Assembly (NCBI GenBank): GCA_963845565.1
Contig: CAWJSJ010000002.1
Coordinates: forward strand, 1,664,001 to 1,728,000
Source of the DNA: an uncultured Methylomirabilota bacterium
GTDB taxonomy: Bacteria; Methylomirabilota; Methylomirabilia; Methylomirabilales; 2-02-FULL-66-22
Length of the DNA: 64,000 nucleotides
Direction of reading: 5' to 3'
In this document: piece by piece, positions 9,029 through 18,838 of the stretch
How the letters are laid out: every line of letters starts with the position of its first letter
Numbering within the stretch: the stretch's first letter is position 1
Made by a program: the position numbers and the translations under genes
Notes under the pieces: generated by a model
Seen by the model: the letters and a program-made list of their open reading frames with translations, nothing else
Databases searched by the model: none
What the model was told of the DNA's origin: nothing

Positions 9029-9975
9029 GCGCGAAGACCCGCAAGAAAAGCCGCCTGCAGGCGTGGGGGGAGTATGCTCTCGTCTGGACTGTCCTCCACC
9101 TGGCGAAGGCGTTGCCCGCTCCGATCTTGCGAGGCGGCGCGGCGCTGGCGGCCGATGCCGCCTATCGGGTCCTGGGCCGCCGCCGCCGGGTGGCCGAGGA
9201 CAACGTGCGCGCCGCCTTAGGGGCCGAACTGGACGAGGTCGGGGTTCGGGACGTGGCGCGGAAGAGCTTCCGCGCCTTTGCCCGGACCGTGCCCGAGATG
9301 GTCACGATGCACCGGTTCCTCACTGCTCCGGACGCCCGGCGCTGGATGGAGGAGATGGACCCCACCCTGCACGCCCTCTTCGACCGGGTCCGGGCGCTCC
9401 ACGAGCTGCATCGCGGCTGCGTCTTCGTCACGCCGCACCTGGGCAACTGGGAACTGCTCCCCTTTGCCAGCGCCGCCCTGGGCATTCCCATGGTGGTGGT
9501 GGTGCGCCCGCTGGATAACCCCCACCTCGAGCGGCTGGTGTACGCCAGCCGGGCCGGAACCGGCCAGCTCTTCATCCCCAAGCGCAATTCCCTCCTCCCG
9601 CTCCAGCAGATGCTGGCGAGAGGCAAATCGGTAGGCTTGCTCCCGGACCAGAGTACCATGAACGGACTCGCCGTACCTTTCTTCGGACGTCCTGCCTGGA
9701 CGACGCCGGTGCCGGCGGTGCTGGCGCTGCGTGGCGAGCGCCCCCTGGTGGTGGTGGGCTGCGTCAGACGGGCCGACGGCTGGTTCACCGGCCACGTCTC
9801 TGACCCCATTCAGCCCCGGCCCGGGGGCAACGAGCGGGAGGAACTGGTGCGCCTCACCACCGCCATGAACGCCGAGATGGAGCAGGTCATCCGGCGCTTT
9901 CCCGATCAGTACTTCTGGATGCACAACCGCTGGAAGACCTACGGCCGGGATATGGGCGGGGCCGTGGCCCGCTGA
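9025..9975 (+). CDS. LpxL/HtrB-family lipid A or lysophospholipid acyltransferase
   Basis: HLGNWE (Hx4E), RPLDNP, LLPDQ, PFFGRPA, PDQYFWMHNRWK. Confidence 0.9.
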   Translation: MSAKTRKKSRLQAWGEYALVWTVLHLAKALPAPILRGGAALAADAAYRVLGRRRRVAEDNVRAALGAELDEVGVRDVARKSFRAFARTVPEMVTMHRFLTAPDARRWMEEMDPTLHALFDRVRALHELHRGCVFVTPHLGNWELLPFASAALGIPMVVVVRPLDNPHLERLVYASRAGTGQLFIPKRNSLLPLQQMLARGKSVGLLPDQSTMNGLAVPFFGRPAWTTPVPAVLALRGERPLVVVGCVRRADGWFTGHVSDPIQPRPGGNEREELVRLTTAMNAEMEQVIRRFPDQYFWMHNRWKTYGRDMGGAVAR

Positions 9976-10395
9976 CACCCACGGTGCAGCGTGATCCGCG
10001 CTACGCGCGGACCGCTGCCCGGTTTCGGACCTTTCCCCGGCGTTGAATTGCTCCAGGCTTACCTCCCACGCCGGATGGCGTGGCGGGGAGATGTCCTGCG
10101 CTATGGACAAGTGGTGGGGCGGGAGCGTTTTCTCCCTTGACGGCTTCGCCCGATCCAAAATAGCATGCCGGCGTAACCCTGTAGCGGACTGTTGGATATG
10201 GTGCTCCAGAAAGGGCAGAGTCACCGGTCGTCGAACTCCCAGACTGTTGTCCGCGCCGATTCGAGTTGCATGTATCTTGAGCCCGCCACATATGGTGGCG
10301 TCGAATCATGCGAGAGTCCGAGGCGTTTCTGGCGCACGTGCGCTGACGGTCACAACCCCTTTCCAGCAACCCGCTGAGGCTACAGGAGGCCGCAT

Positions 10396-12095
10396 ATGAG
10401 TGCCACGATCCTACTTGCGTCCTTGGTGCTCTACCTGGTGTTCTACTTTACCTACGGCAAGTCCCTCCAGAAGAACCTGCTCAAGTCCAACGAAGCGCCA
10501 GATGCTCCCTCGAAGCGGTTGTCGGACGGCGTGGATTACGTGCCCACCAGCAAGTACGTGCTGTTCGGCCATCACTTCGCATCCATCGCCGGCGCGGGAC
10601 CGATCGTGGGGCCGGCCTTGGCCATCGGCTGGGGGTGGCTCCCCTGTCTGGCCTGGATCTGGTTCGGCAACATCTTCATCGGGGCCATTCACGACTATCT
10701 GGCCCTAGTCGCCTCGGTACGCTACGACGGTCGCTCGGTCCAGTACGTGGCCCAGGACCTGATCGGGAAGAAGGCCGGCAAGACCTTCGGCTGGTTCATC
10801 ATGTTCCTCTGCATCCTGGTGGTGGCGGCCTTCGGTGACATCGTGGCCGGGCAGTTCGCGGCGGGGAAGGGGGAGGTCTTCAGCACCTTCTTCCTCTTCT
10901 GCGTGGCCGCGGTGATCATGGGCTATTTCATGTACCAGACCAAGATGGGGGTCGGCCTCAGCACCCTCATCGGCCTCGTCCTCTTGACCGTGGCCTTCTT
11001 CCTGGGCCTGGAGTACGGGGTGAAGGCCAGCAAGGACACTCTGGTTCCTGGTGATCTTCGTCTACATCGTGATCGCCTCGGCCCTGCCGGTGAACTGGCT
11101 GCTGCAGCCGCGGGATTACCTGAACAGCTTCCTTCTCTACTTCGGTCTGCTGGTGGGCGGCCTGGCCGCCGTCTTGGGGGCGCAGGGCCTCACCTCGGTC
11201 CCGGCCTTCACCTCTTTCTCCGCCACCATCATCGGCGGGCAGCCGTCCCCCTTCTGGCCAACGGTGCCGCTGGTGATCGCCTGCGGAGCCCTTTCCGGAT
11301 TCCACGCCCTGGTGGCCTCGGGGACCAGCTCCAAGCAGCTCCGGGAGGAGAAGGATGCCCTCTTCGTCGGCTACGGCGCCATGCTGACCGAGGGGTTTCT
11401 CTCCACCATCGTGATCATCTCCGTCGCCGGCTTCGGGGCCCTGGCCCTCGGCGCCGACAAGGTCCTCACGACCGGGGCCATGCCACGGTTCATCCAGTCC
11501 TACGGGGCCATGGTGTCCTCGGTGCTGCCCTTCCTGAGCCGGGATTTCATGAACCTGTTCGCGGCGGTCTGGGTCTCCTCCTTCGCCTTGACCACGCTCG
11601 ACACCACCAACCGACTCGGGCCGCTACATCGTCCATGAGCTGGCCATGCCCCTGAAGGACACGTCGCCGGGGATCTACGGCGTCCTCCAGAACCGCTGGA
11701 TCGCCTCGGTGATCATCGCCTTCTGCGGCGTGGGTCTGGCCTGGAGCGGGAACTACACTGTCCTGTGGCCGGCGTTCTCCGGGGCCAACCAGCTCATCGC
11801 CTCCATCGTGATGCTGACGGTGGCCATGTGGGTGAAGCACGACCTGAACGAGAAATACGCCAACGTGGTATTGATCCCGGCCGTCCTGCTCTGGATCACC
11901 GTGACCTGTGGCATCATCTGGTACCAGATCGTCGTCGTGCCCGACTTCTTCAAGGCGGGTGCGCCGACGAAGCAGTTGATCACGGGCGTGGTGGTGGGCG
12001 GCATCAACCTGATCATGCTGATCATGAACTTCGTCACCGTGGCTCAGTTCTTCAAGCGGTACGGGAAGAAGGTACTCCGCGAAGCCAAGGCCTGA
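10396..12095 (+). CDS. cstA: Carbon starvation protein A family transporter (frameshifts near 11040 and 11620)
   Basis: DGVDYVP, LFGHHFASIAGAGPIVGP, ACGALSGFH, TTLDT, LWPAFSGANQL spread over three consecutive frames. Confidence 0.9.
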
Positions 12096-12119
12096 GCCGG
12101 GCTTTCCACCCGCAAACCC

Positions 12120-12158
12120 AAGCCTGTGCGGCCCCGCTGGGACCGCACAGGCTTTTTT
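12120..12158 (+). terminator. Intrinsic terminator-like hairpin inside the cstA operon
   Basis: 12-bp stem AAGCCTGTGCGG/CCGCACAGGCTT running into a T-tract. Confidence 0.7.
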
Positions 12159-12161
12159 GCC

Positions 12162-12443
12162 ATGCCGCCAACCCTGTTCGATTACATGCGCAAGGCCTTC
12201 CGGGTCGCCATTCAGGTCCAACGGAGCAAGGCGTCCGGGATGCTGGAGTTCGAGCTGAAGGAACTGGAGAATCTCTTCATGCTCCTCTTGCTGGGCAGCC
12301 TGGTGGGCGTCCCGTCGCCTCCGGCCGCGATGGCGATGGAGCTGTTGCCGTACCTGGAAGACGAGCTCCGGCTCATGCTGGCCCGGGCGGATTTCTCCCA
12401 GGACCCGTTGGGGGCCCTGATGGGGATTCTGGAGATCGACTGA
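12162..12443 (+). CDS. Small conserved protein of cstA-arsA operons
   Basis: EFELKELENLFMLLLLGSLVGVPSPP..MELLPYL motif; lies between cstA and the ArsA ATPase. Confidence 0.75.
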   Translation: MPPTLFDYMRKAFRVAIQVQRSKASGMLEFELKELENLFMLLLLGSLVGVPSPPAAMAMELLPYLEDELRLMLARADFSQDPLGALMGILEID

Positions 12444-12487
12444 GCGGCGCGCCGGGCGGCGCCCGGCGCGGGGGAAGGGGCGGAAAC

Positions 12488-13405
12488 GTGAAGGGCATGG
12501 CCTTCTTTCTGGGGAAGGGGGGCGTGGGCAAGACCACGCTCTCCTCGGCGACAGCCTGCGCGCTGGCCCGGCAGGGTCAGCGGGTGCTGATCGCTTCCCT
12601 GGATCCCGCCCACAACCTGGGGGACGTGTTCGAGGCTCGGCTGGGCAACGAGCCAAGCCGCCTGGCCGAGCGACTCGACGGTCTGGAGGTGGACATTGCC
12701 CACTGGGTCGCCCGCTACCTGGAGCAGAGCCGGGTCGAGATCAAGGCCAACTACGCCTACAATATGAGTCTGAACCTGGACGGGTTTCTGGACATCTTGA
12801 AGTACGCCCCCGGCACCGAGGAGTACGCCGTTCTGTGGGCCATCGAGCACCTCTATCACACCCACAGGGCACGCTACGACGTTCTCGTGCTGGATACGCC
12901 CCCCACCGCGCTCACGATGCGCTTCCTGGCCATGCCTTCCCTCTCGATCCTGTGGGTCCGGGAGCTGACCAAGATGCGCGCGCTGATCCTGCAAAAGCGG
13001 ACGACCCTCCTCAAGGTCAACCCCGACGCCAGCGTCCTCAAGGGGGCGACCGAGAAGAAGGAGGACCGGGTGTACGGCAAGCTCTCCTCCATCCAGGAGC
13101 GCCTGCGGAGGCTCCACGACCTGTTCGTCCGGGACAGCTACCTCACGGTGGTCCTCAACCCGGACGAGCTGTCCCTGGCGGAGTCCCTGCGCATCCGCGA
13201 GGAGCTCCACCGGCTGGGCCTCACACTCCGGAGCGTTTGCCTGAATAAGGCAGCCTCTGAGGCCACTGTGCCGGATAGGCTGTCCGAACGATTCCGGGAC
13301 TTCCCAATCTTCTCTTCACACTTGGCGGTGGATGGAATACATGGGCTGGAGGGGTTGGAACTGGTGGATGTCTCCGCCCTGGTGAGGCATCTGCAGGCGT
13401 CTTGA
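12488..13405 (+). CDS. ArsA/GET3 family ATPase (single domain)
   Basis: GKGGVGKTT deviant Walker A, SLDPAHNLGD, APGTEE, DTPPT; GTG start. Confidence 0.9.
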   Translation: MKGMAFFLGKGGVGKTTLSSATACALARQGQRVLIASLDPAHNLGDVFEARLGNEPSRLAERLDGLEVDIAHWVARYLEQSRVEIKANYAYNMSLNLDGFLDILKYAPGTEEYAVLWAIEHLYHTHRARYDVLVLDTPPTALTMRFLAMPSLSILWVRELTKMRALILQKRTTLLKVNPDASVLKGATEKKEDRVYGKLSSIQERLRRLHDLFVRDSYLTVVLNPDELSLAESLRIREELHRLGLTLRSVCLNKAASEATVPDRLSERFRDFPIFSSHLAVDGIHGLEGLELVDVSALVRHLQAS

Positions 13406-13467
13406 GTTATCGGTCATTCCTGCAGCCTTGGGTCGGCCCCTGGCAGACCCCCACGAGGTGACGGCGC

Positions 13468-14139
13468 GTGGAACCTTACATTCTCCCCTTGATTCTGCTG
13501 GCCCTCTGCACCACGGCTGGCTACTTTTGGGGACGGAAGAAGAACCGATGGATCGGGGCCTGGATCGCTCGGGAGACCGAGGCGGCCCTGCAGCCCCGGG
13601 AGACCACGTACGTCAATATCGGCGGCTGCATCGGTTACCATTTCACCTACGCGCTGGCGGCCCCGTTCCGGGAAGCCAAGGGTACCTTCGCGCTGCTGCC
13701 GCGGCACTCTCTCCTGTACCTGCCGATCTCGTTCCTCATCCGGCGGCACGACCGGTTTTTCCTGCAGCTCTTCACGGACGAGCGGCTACCGGGCGAGGCG
13801 CACATCCTCCGGGAGGACTATTACCAAAAGGATAAAGACCGGATCACGGGCGCCGAGGCGATGCGCCGGGATCGCGTGGTGATCGGGGGAAAGGCCTACG
13901 TGCTGCTCTGGAAGCATTCGGGCCTCGACCGGCGACTCCGGCGGCTGCTCGACCGTCTGGAGGGCCGCGGCGACACGCTCCTGCATTTCTGCTGCTACCC
14001 GGGGAATCGCAACTTCTTCCTGTACATTGCGCCGGTCCATGGACGGCTGGAGCCGCTCCTGCGTGCGACGGTGGAGGAGTTGAAAACCTGGCTGATCAGG
14101 GGAGGCGGAGATGGATCCGGAGACGCAGAAAAAGATTGA
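13468..14139 (+). CDS. Hypothetical membrane-anchored protein
   Basis: N-terminal TM helix followed by GRKKN; GAGGTG RBS. Confidence 0.75.
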   Translation: MEPYILPLILLALCTTAGYFWGRKKNRWIGAWIARETEAALQPRETTYVNIGGCIGYHFTYALAAPFREAKGTFALLPRHSLLYLPISFLIRRHDRFFLQLFTDERLPGEAHILREDYYQKDKDRITGAEAMRRDRVVIGGKAYVLLWKHSGLDRRLRRLLDRLEGRGDTLLHFCCYPGNRNFFLYIAPVHGRLEPLLRATVEELKTWLIRGGGDGSGDAEKD

Positions 14140-14385
14140 TGCGATCCTGGCGCGGGTCAAGGAGCCGGAGACCCGGCGTTCGGTGGGAGACCTCAGTCTG
14201 GTGAAGCGGGTCCGTTATTCGGCGCGCGAGCACGCCTTCGAGGTCTTCATGGATATCGCCGACCCTCGAACCAGTTGCCTTGGTCTGCGGCGTGGTCACG
14301 CCGACCATCCAGACGCAGCATCGAGCGGGATCTGCAAGGGGCATTCGAGCAGGAGTTCCCCGGCTGCCGCGTTCTCTTCTCCTGA
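14111..14385 (+). CDS. DUF59/MIP18-like small protein with CxxC (two apparent frameshifts near 14280 and 14315)
   Basis: LARVKEPETRRSVGDLSLV resembles the DUF59 N-terminus; reconstructed ...SCLVCG...IERDLQGAFEQEFPG. Confidence 0.6.
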
Positions 14386-14418
14386 TGGGCCCGCCCCGCG
14401 ATCGCGGAGCGTCCGAGG

Positions 14419-15486
14419 TCAAGCCTGGGCGCCGACGTACGGAGCCCGGTTCAGGGCGTCGATCAACTGGCGAAGCCGGCCGAAGTCGCGGCGGTTGAAG
14501 CTGAAGACCAGACGCGGGAGATCCGCCAGGGCGGACTCCTCGGCTTCCTCCGGCAGGGCGGGACCCGTCGAGAACCCGCCGTCCGCGAGGATGTCGCCGA
14601 ACTCGCGCTCCAGGCGCGCCAGCGCGTCGGGCGTGGGGGCGTGGTGAAGCCGCAGGACCAGCCGATTCCCGACGTAGCGGCTGGAATGGTAGTTCCGGTA
14701 GAAGGTCACGATCTCGCTGACGGCCTCGTCGAGGCGATTGGTGACACGGTACAGGGAGAGGTCCTCGGCCGAGATCAGGCCGCGCGCGAGCAGCGTCCCC
14801 CGCACGTAGGCGTCCCAGGCGTGCCAGTAGTCACCCCCCTCTCGGTCCACGCAGACCAACGGCAGCAGCGGGCTCTTGCCGGTCTGGAGCAGCGTCAGCG
14901 TCTCGAAGGCCTCGTCCATGGTGCCGAAGCCGCCCGGGAACAGGGCGATGGCGTCGGTTTCCTTGAGGAAGACCAGCTTGCGGGTGAAGAAATATCGGAA
15001 GGTGATCAGCTTGGCGTCGTTCTGGATGATCTCGTTGGCCGTCTGCTCGAAGGGCAGGCGGATGTTCACGCCGAAGCTCTGATCCCTTCCGGCGCCGTCC
15101 TGACCGGCCTTCATGACCCCCCCGCCGCCGCCCGTGATGACCATCCACCCCTGGGCGCTCACCTCGCGCGCGAAGGCCGCCGCCTGAATGTATTCCGGCG
15201 AGTCGTCGGCGACGCGGGCCGAGCCGAAGATGGTGACCTTTCGCGTGCCGCGGTACGGGGCGAAGACGCGGAAGGCATAGATCAGCTCCCGCAGGGCGGC
15301 GTTCAGGATCTTGACGTCGCCCCGGCTGGTCTGATTCCGGATCAGCCGGAGCGCGCTGTGGATCATCTCCTCCAGGAACTCGGCGTGCGGCGAGCCGCCG
15401 GCTTGCTCGATCAACTGCGAGATCAGCTCGGCACTCGCTCCGTTCGAGCGCGCCGAGGACGTTGTGGTGCCGTGATTCTGTGTCAT
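14419..15486 (-). CDS. LOG family nucleotide phosphoribohydrolase (TIGR00730-like)
   Basis: VTIFGSAR, TGGGGGVM, FRYFFTRK, PGGFGTMDE. Confidence 0.9.
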   Translation of the reverse strand: MTQNHGTTTSSARSNGASAELISQLIEQAGGSPHAEFLEEMIHSALRLIRNQTSRGDVKILNAALRELIYAFRVFAPYRGTRKVTIFGSARVADDSPEYIQAAAFAREVSAQGWMVITGGGGGVMKAGQDGAGRDQSFGVNIRLPFEQTANEIIQNDAKLITFRYFFTRKLVFLKETDAIALFPGGFGTMDEAFETLTLLQTGKSPLLPLVCVDREGGDYWHAWDAYVRGTLLARGLISAEDLSLYRVTNRLDEAVSEIVTFYRNYHSSRYVGNRLVLRLHHAPTPDALARLEREFGDILADGGFSTGPALPEEAEESALADLPRLVFSFNRRDFGRLRQLIDALNRAPYVGAQA

Positions 15487-15576
15487 GGTGCTCCTTCTGC
15501 GATAGCGATATCCGACAGGGACAGCAAATCAGTCTAACCGCTGTCGGTTATCCCTGTCCCTGTCGCCCTTCCTGTC

Positions 15577-16509
15577 TCATTGCAACACTCGCTGGGTGAA
15601 GACACCGAGAAATCTATCCGCGTTCACCTCGAGGCACACCTGGGCCGTGGGGGCGGTGAGGCTCCCCCGCCGCAGGTCGGCGACCGTCATCCCGGCCGTC
15701 AGAGCGCCTCGGGTCTCGACCGCCACCGCCATGGGTTCCTGCCTGACGAGAGACGGATCCAGGGTGACGCCCACCGCGAGCGGATCGTGGAGAAAGATCC
15801 CCTCTTCTCCATAGCGCTGGAGATGAAACGTCATGGTGGCCGCCGTGATCCGCCGCACGAACGCGGCCACAGCTCCTTCCAGAGCCGCCGCATCCACGGC
15901 CTGGCGCGTCAGCGTGACGCGCTCCGTGACATCCAGCGGGACCAGCGTCACGGGTAGTCCGGCGTCCAGGACGATGGCGGCCGCCTCCGGGTCCACGGCG
16001 AAGTTGAACTCCGAGACCGGCCCGACGTTTCCGGGCACGCGGATGGCGCCCCCCATGACGGTGAGGGCGCGCAGGCGGCGCATGGTCTCGACGTCCCGCT
16101 GGATCGCCTGGGCCACATTGGTCAACGGGCCCGTCGCGATGAGCGTGAGCTCCTCCGGAAAGCGCCGGATCATGTCCAGCAGGAATCCTGGCGCGTCGCG
16201 GCGGACGGCCCGATCGGACGCGGGGAGGCGGTCGGCCATGCCGCCCAGGCCGTCACCGCCGTGGACCTCGCCGGCCGTTAACCCAGCACGGACGAGCGGC
16301 GCCGCGGCGCCCGCCACCACGGGGATGGCCGGAGCGCCTGCGACATCGAGCACGCGACAGGTGTTGGCGGTAGTCTGGAGGAGGGGCACGTTGCCGCTCA
16401 CCGTGCAGATGCCCTGCACGGCGAACTCGGGCGAGCGGAGCGCCAGTAGGATGGCCAGGGCGTCATCAACCCCCGTATCCACATCCAAGACGACCGGCCG
16501 CGCGCTCAT
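15577..16509 (-). CDS. Inosine/uridine-preferring nucleoside hydrolase
   Basis: DVDTGVDDA, GPLTN, SEFN..DPEAA, HDPLA. Confidence 0.92.
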   Translation of the reverse strand: MSARPVVLDVDTGVDDALAILLALRSPEFAVQGICTVSGNVPLLQTTANTCRVLDVAGAPAIPVVAGAAAPLVRAGLTAGEVHGGDGLGGMADRLPASDRAVRRDAPGFLLDMIRRFPEELTLIATGPLTNVAQAIQRDVETMRRLRALTVMGGAIRVPGNVGPVSEFNFAVDPEAAAIVLDAGLPVTLVPLDVTERVTLTRQAVDAAALEGAVAAFVRRITAATMTFHLQRYGEEGIFLHDPLAVGVTLDPSLVRQEPMAVAVETRGALTAGMTVADLRRGSLTAPTAQVCLEVNADRFLGVFTQRVLQ

Positions 16510-16633
16510 GTCCTGCTACCGTGTCCGAAGACGTGACGCACGCTGCCTGCGCCAACGGGCACGTGGCGACGATGGAGGGCGTCGGGACGGACAAATCGTG
16601 GAAACGGCGAGGGGGAAGATGCCGGGTCGGGTG

Positions 16634-16879
16634 TCAGTTCCGCTCGATGGATTCAAGGACGCGAGCCAGATCCTCTTTGAGCCGCACGTTGATCTTCAGA
16701 CGGTTCAAGAGTTCCGGCTGGTGAGCCCCGAGGTACTGCAAGAGCGCGGTGGCGTCCAGGGGCGCAGTCCGAGGTTGGGTATCCAGAATCCAGTCGGCCA
16801 GCGATTCCTTGTGCAGGCGCCGGAGCTGTGGGTCTTGGAAGATGAGATCGAGTATCCTCTGGGCCAGCGGTTCGTCCAC
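16634..16879 (-). CDS. Hypothetical protein (81 aa)
   Basis: AGGAGG RBS before GTG; helical natural-looking sequence VDEPLAQRILDLIFQDP...ESIERN. Confidence 0.7.
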   Translation of the reverse strand: MDEPLAQRILDLIFQDPQLRRLHKESLADWILDTQPRTAPLDATALLQYLGAHQPELLNRLKINVRLKEDLARVLESIERN

Positions 16880-17052
16880 GGAAGAAACCTCCTTTTCCGT
16901 CCAACCGAGCGCATTATAGCAAGCAAAACGCCTTCTGGCAAGACCGACCCGCTGGATGACTCGCGGGCTTGCTCGGACGATCGTGAGAAGGAATCGCGCA
17001 GATTCAATGGCCTGGAGGGGGAGTCCCGCTGAAGGTCGAGGGTGGGCGACGG

Positions 17053-17562
17053 TCACTCCGCGCTCTCGAGTGTGGCAGGCTTCTTCTTCGGGCGGGAGCC
17101 GCCCAGTTCGCGCACAGTCGCCGATGCGCGGAACCGTTCCACGTCCGGAAAGCGGAACACCACGCGCAGACGATCGGGGTTGGAAATGGGGCGGGGGAGC
17201 GAGACGATCGGCCCCAAGTCGAAGCGGTAATACAGAGTCTCCGCCCCGCCCCGTCCCGGCCAGGTCAGGCCCGGCAGGTCCCGGCGCGGCACAGTCGAGA
17301 CGCGGAGCACTACCGCGTATTCCCGAATGGCGCTCGCCTTTCTGAAGAAGGCCGACGCGCTTTCGTAAAAGGCGATGAATCCCACGACCGTCCGTGCCGC
17401 CGCGATGGCGGACACCGGGACGTGGTAGAACCGCTCGCGGTGAATGAGTTCCAGGTGCACCGGGCCACGGACCGGGCCGACCATGATCGTCGCGGTTCGT
17501 CCGCCCTCCGACACGGTGAGGACGCTCGGGCGGCGGGGGAGAGAATAGCTTGCGGAGTTCAT
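17053..17562 (-). CDS. Hypothetical protein, probable PUA/EVE-like domain
   Basis: FYHVPV...IAFYE...IREYA.V...RRDLP...YYRFDLGP...LPRPI pattern; start uncertain. Confidence 0.6.
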   Translation of the reverse strand: MNSASYSLPRRPSVLTVSEGGRTATIMVGPVRGPVHLELIHRERFYHVPVSAIAAARTVVGFIAFYESASAFFRKASAIREYAVVLRVSTVPRRDLPGLTWPGRGGAETLYYRFDLGPIVSLPRPISNPDRLRVVFRFPDVERFRASATVRELGGSRPKKKPATLESAE

Positions 17563-17844
17563 GGCAGCACACATGCTCCGGTACCAGCCTGCCCGGCAGG
17601 CCACTGCCGTCTCGGCCGCACGGGCCACGCCGTCGAACCGTAGCACACTCCGGGCGCATTTTCCAGGTCGTCCCCGGTGGCCTCGTTCGGCGGCGGCGTG
17701 CCGAGTCCTCCGGTCGGTCAGACCTCGGATCGGCCCGCCTTGACATCGGCTCACAGCCTGTGTTAAGTCGGTACTGTCGGGATAGCTCCGAAGTGGACTC
17801 GCCCCGCAGCGGTTGACTCGTCTCACGCTCAAGGAGGTAGAGCC

Positions 17845-18825
17845 ATGCGTCGCTGGATCGGCATCACACTCGCCCTGCTCCTCACGTTTGGGATGTTCCT
17901 CGCAGCGTCACCCACGGGGGCCGAAGCGGCCTGGGCGGCCAACCGCCCCGTGCAGCTCATCTGCCCGTGGGCGGCCGGCGGCGGCACCGATCGCGTCGCC
18001 CGGATGGTAGGTATCCTGCTCGAAAAAGAGCTTGGTCAACCGGTGACGGTGGTGAACCGGACCGGCGGCGGCGGGGCCGTGGGCCACACGTCGGGCGCCA
18101 CGGCGACCCCGGATGGCCACACGCTCACCATCGTGACCGTCGAGCTGGCCATGATGCACTGGATGGGACTCACGCCGATCACTTACAAAGAGTTCACGCC
18201 GGTCACCCTGGTGAACATCGACGCGGCTGGGGTGCAGGTGGCGGAGAACTCCGAATGGAAAACGCTGAAGCAGCTCCTGGACTACGTGAAGGCGAACCCC
18301 GGGAAGGCTAAGGCCTCCGGGACGGCCAAGGGCGGGATCTGGGATCTGGCCCGCGCCGGCATGCTGAAGACCGCCGGGATTCCCGTGGACGCCATGCCAT
18401 GGGTGCCCAGCACCGGCGCGGCGACCGGCCTGCAGGAGCTGGCGGCTGGCGGCGTACAGGTGGTGACCTCCAGCCTGGTCGAGGGCCGCTCCATGATCGA
18501 CGCCAAGAAGGTCCGCGCGCTGGCCAACATGGCGGACGCCCGCGATCCGGTCTTCCCGGACGTGCCGACCTTGAAGGAACAGGGTCTGAACTGGACCATG
18601 GGCGCCTGGCGCGGCTTCGCGCTGCCCAAGGGGACGTCGCCAGAGATCACCGACGTCTACTCGAAGGCCATGGACAAGATCGTGAAGAGCAAGGATTTCC
18701 TGGACTTCATGGCGGGCGGCCCCTTCGGCATCCTGTATAAGCCGGCGGCGGAGTTCGGCAAGTTCCTGGCGGAGCAGGATGCGACGTTCGGTATCCTGAT
18801 GAAAGAGGCGGGGATCACGAAGTAG
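17845..18825 (+). CDS. tctC: Tripartite tricarboxylate transporter substrate-binding protein (Bug/TctC)
   Basis: Signal peptide, CPWAAGGGTD, VVNRTGGGG, PDGHTL, PDVPTLKE; AAGGAGG RBS. Confidence 0.92.
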   Translation: MRRWIGITLALLLTFGMFLAASPTGAEAAWAANRPVQLICPWAAGGGTDRVARMVGILLEKELGQPVTVVNRTGGGGAVGHTSGATATPDGHTLTIVTVELAMMHWMGLTPITYKEFTPVTLVNIDAAGVQVAENSEWKTLKQLLDYVKANPGKAKASGTAKGGIWDLARAGMLKTAGIPVDAMPWVPSTGAATGLQELAAGGVQVVTSSLVEGRSMIDAKKVRALANMADARDPVFPDVPTLKEQGLNWTMGAWRGFALPKGTSPEITDVYSKAMDKIVKSKDFLDFMAGGPFGILYKPAAEFGKFLAEQDATFGILMKEAGITK

Positions 18826-18838
18826 CCCCGATCCGGAT

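Noticed and set aside
10284..10345. Palindromes CGCCAC-N5-GTGGCG and GCGCACGTGCGC with a TGGCGC sigma54-like start upstream of cstA
   Set aside because: GG-to-GC spacing is one base short of the -24/-12 consensus; cannot be supported without reads or homologs
12488..13405. Arsenic resistance locus
   Set aside because: No arsB/acr3/arsC/arsR nearby; the context is the cstA-linked ArsA subfamily
17740..17768. Sigma70 promoter for tctC (TTGACA)
   Set aside because: Perfect -35 but only a weak -10 match at 17-18 nt spacing
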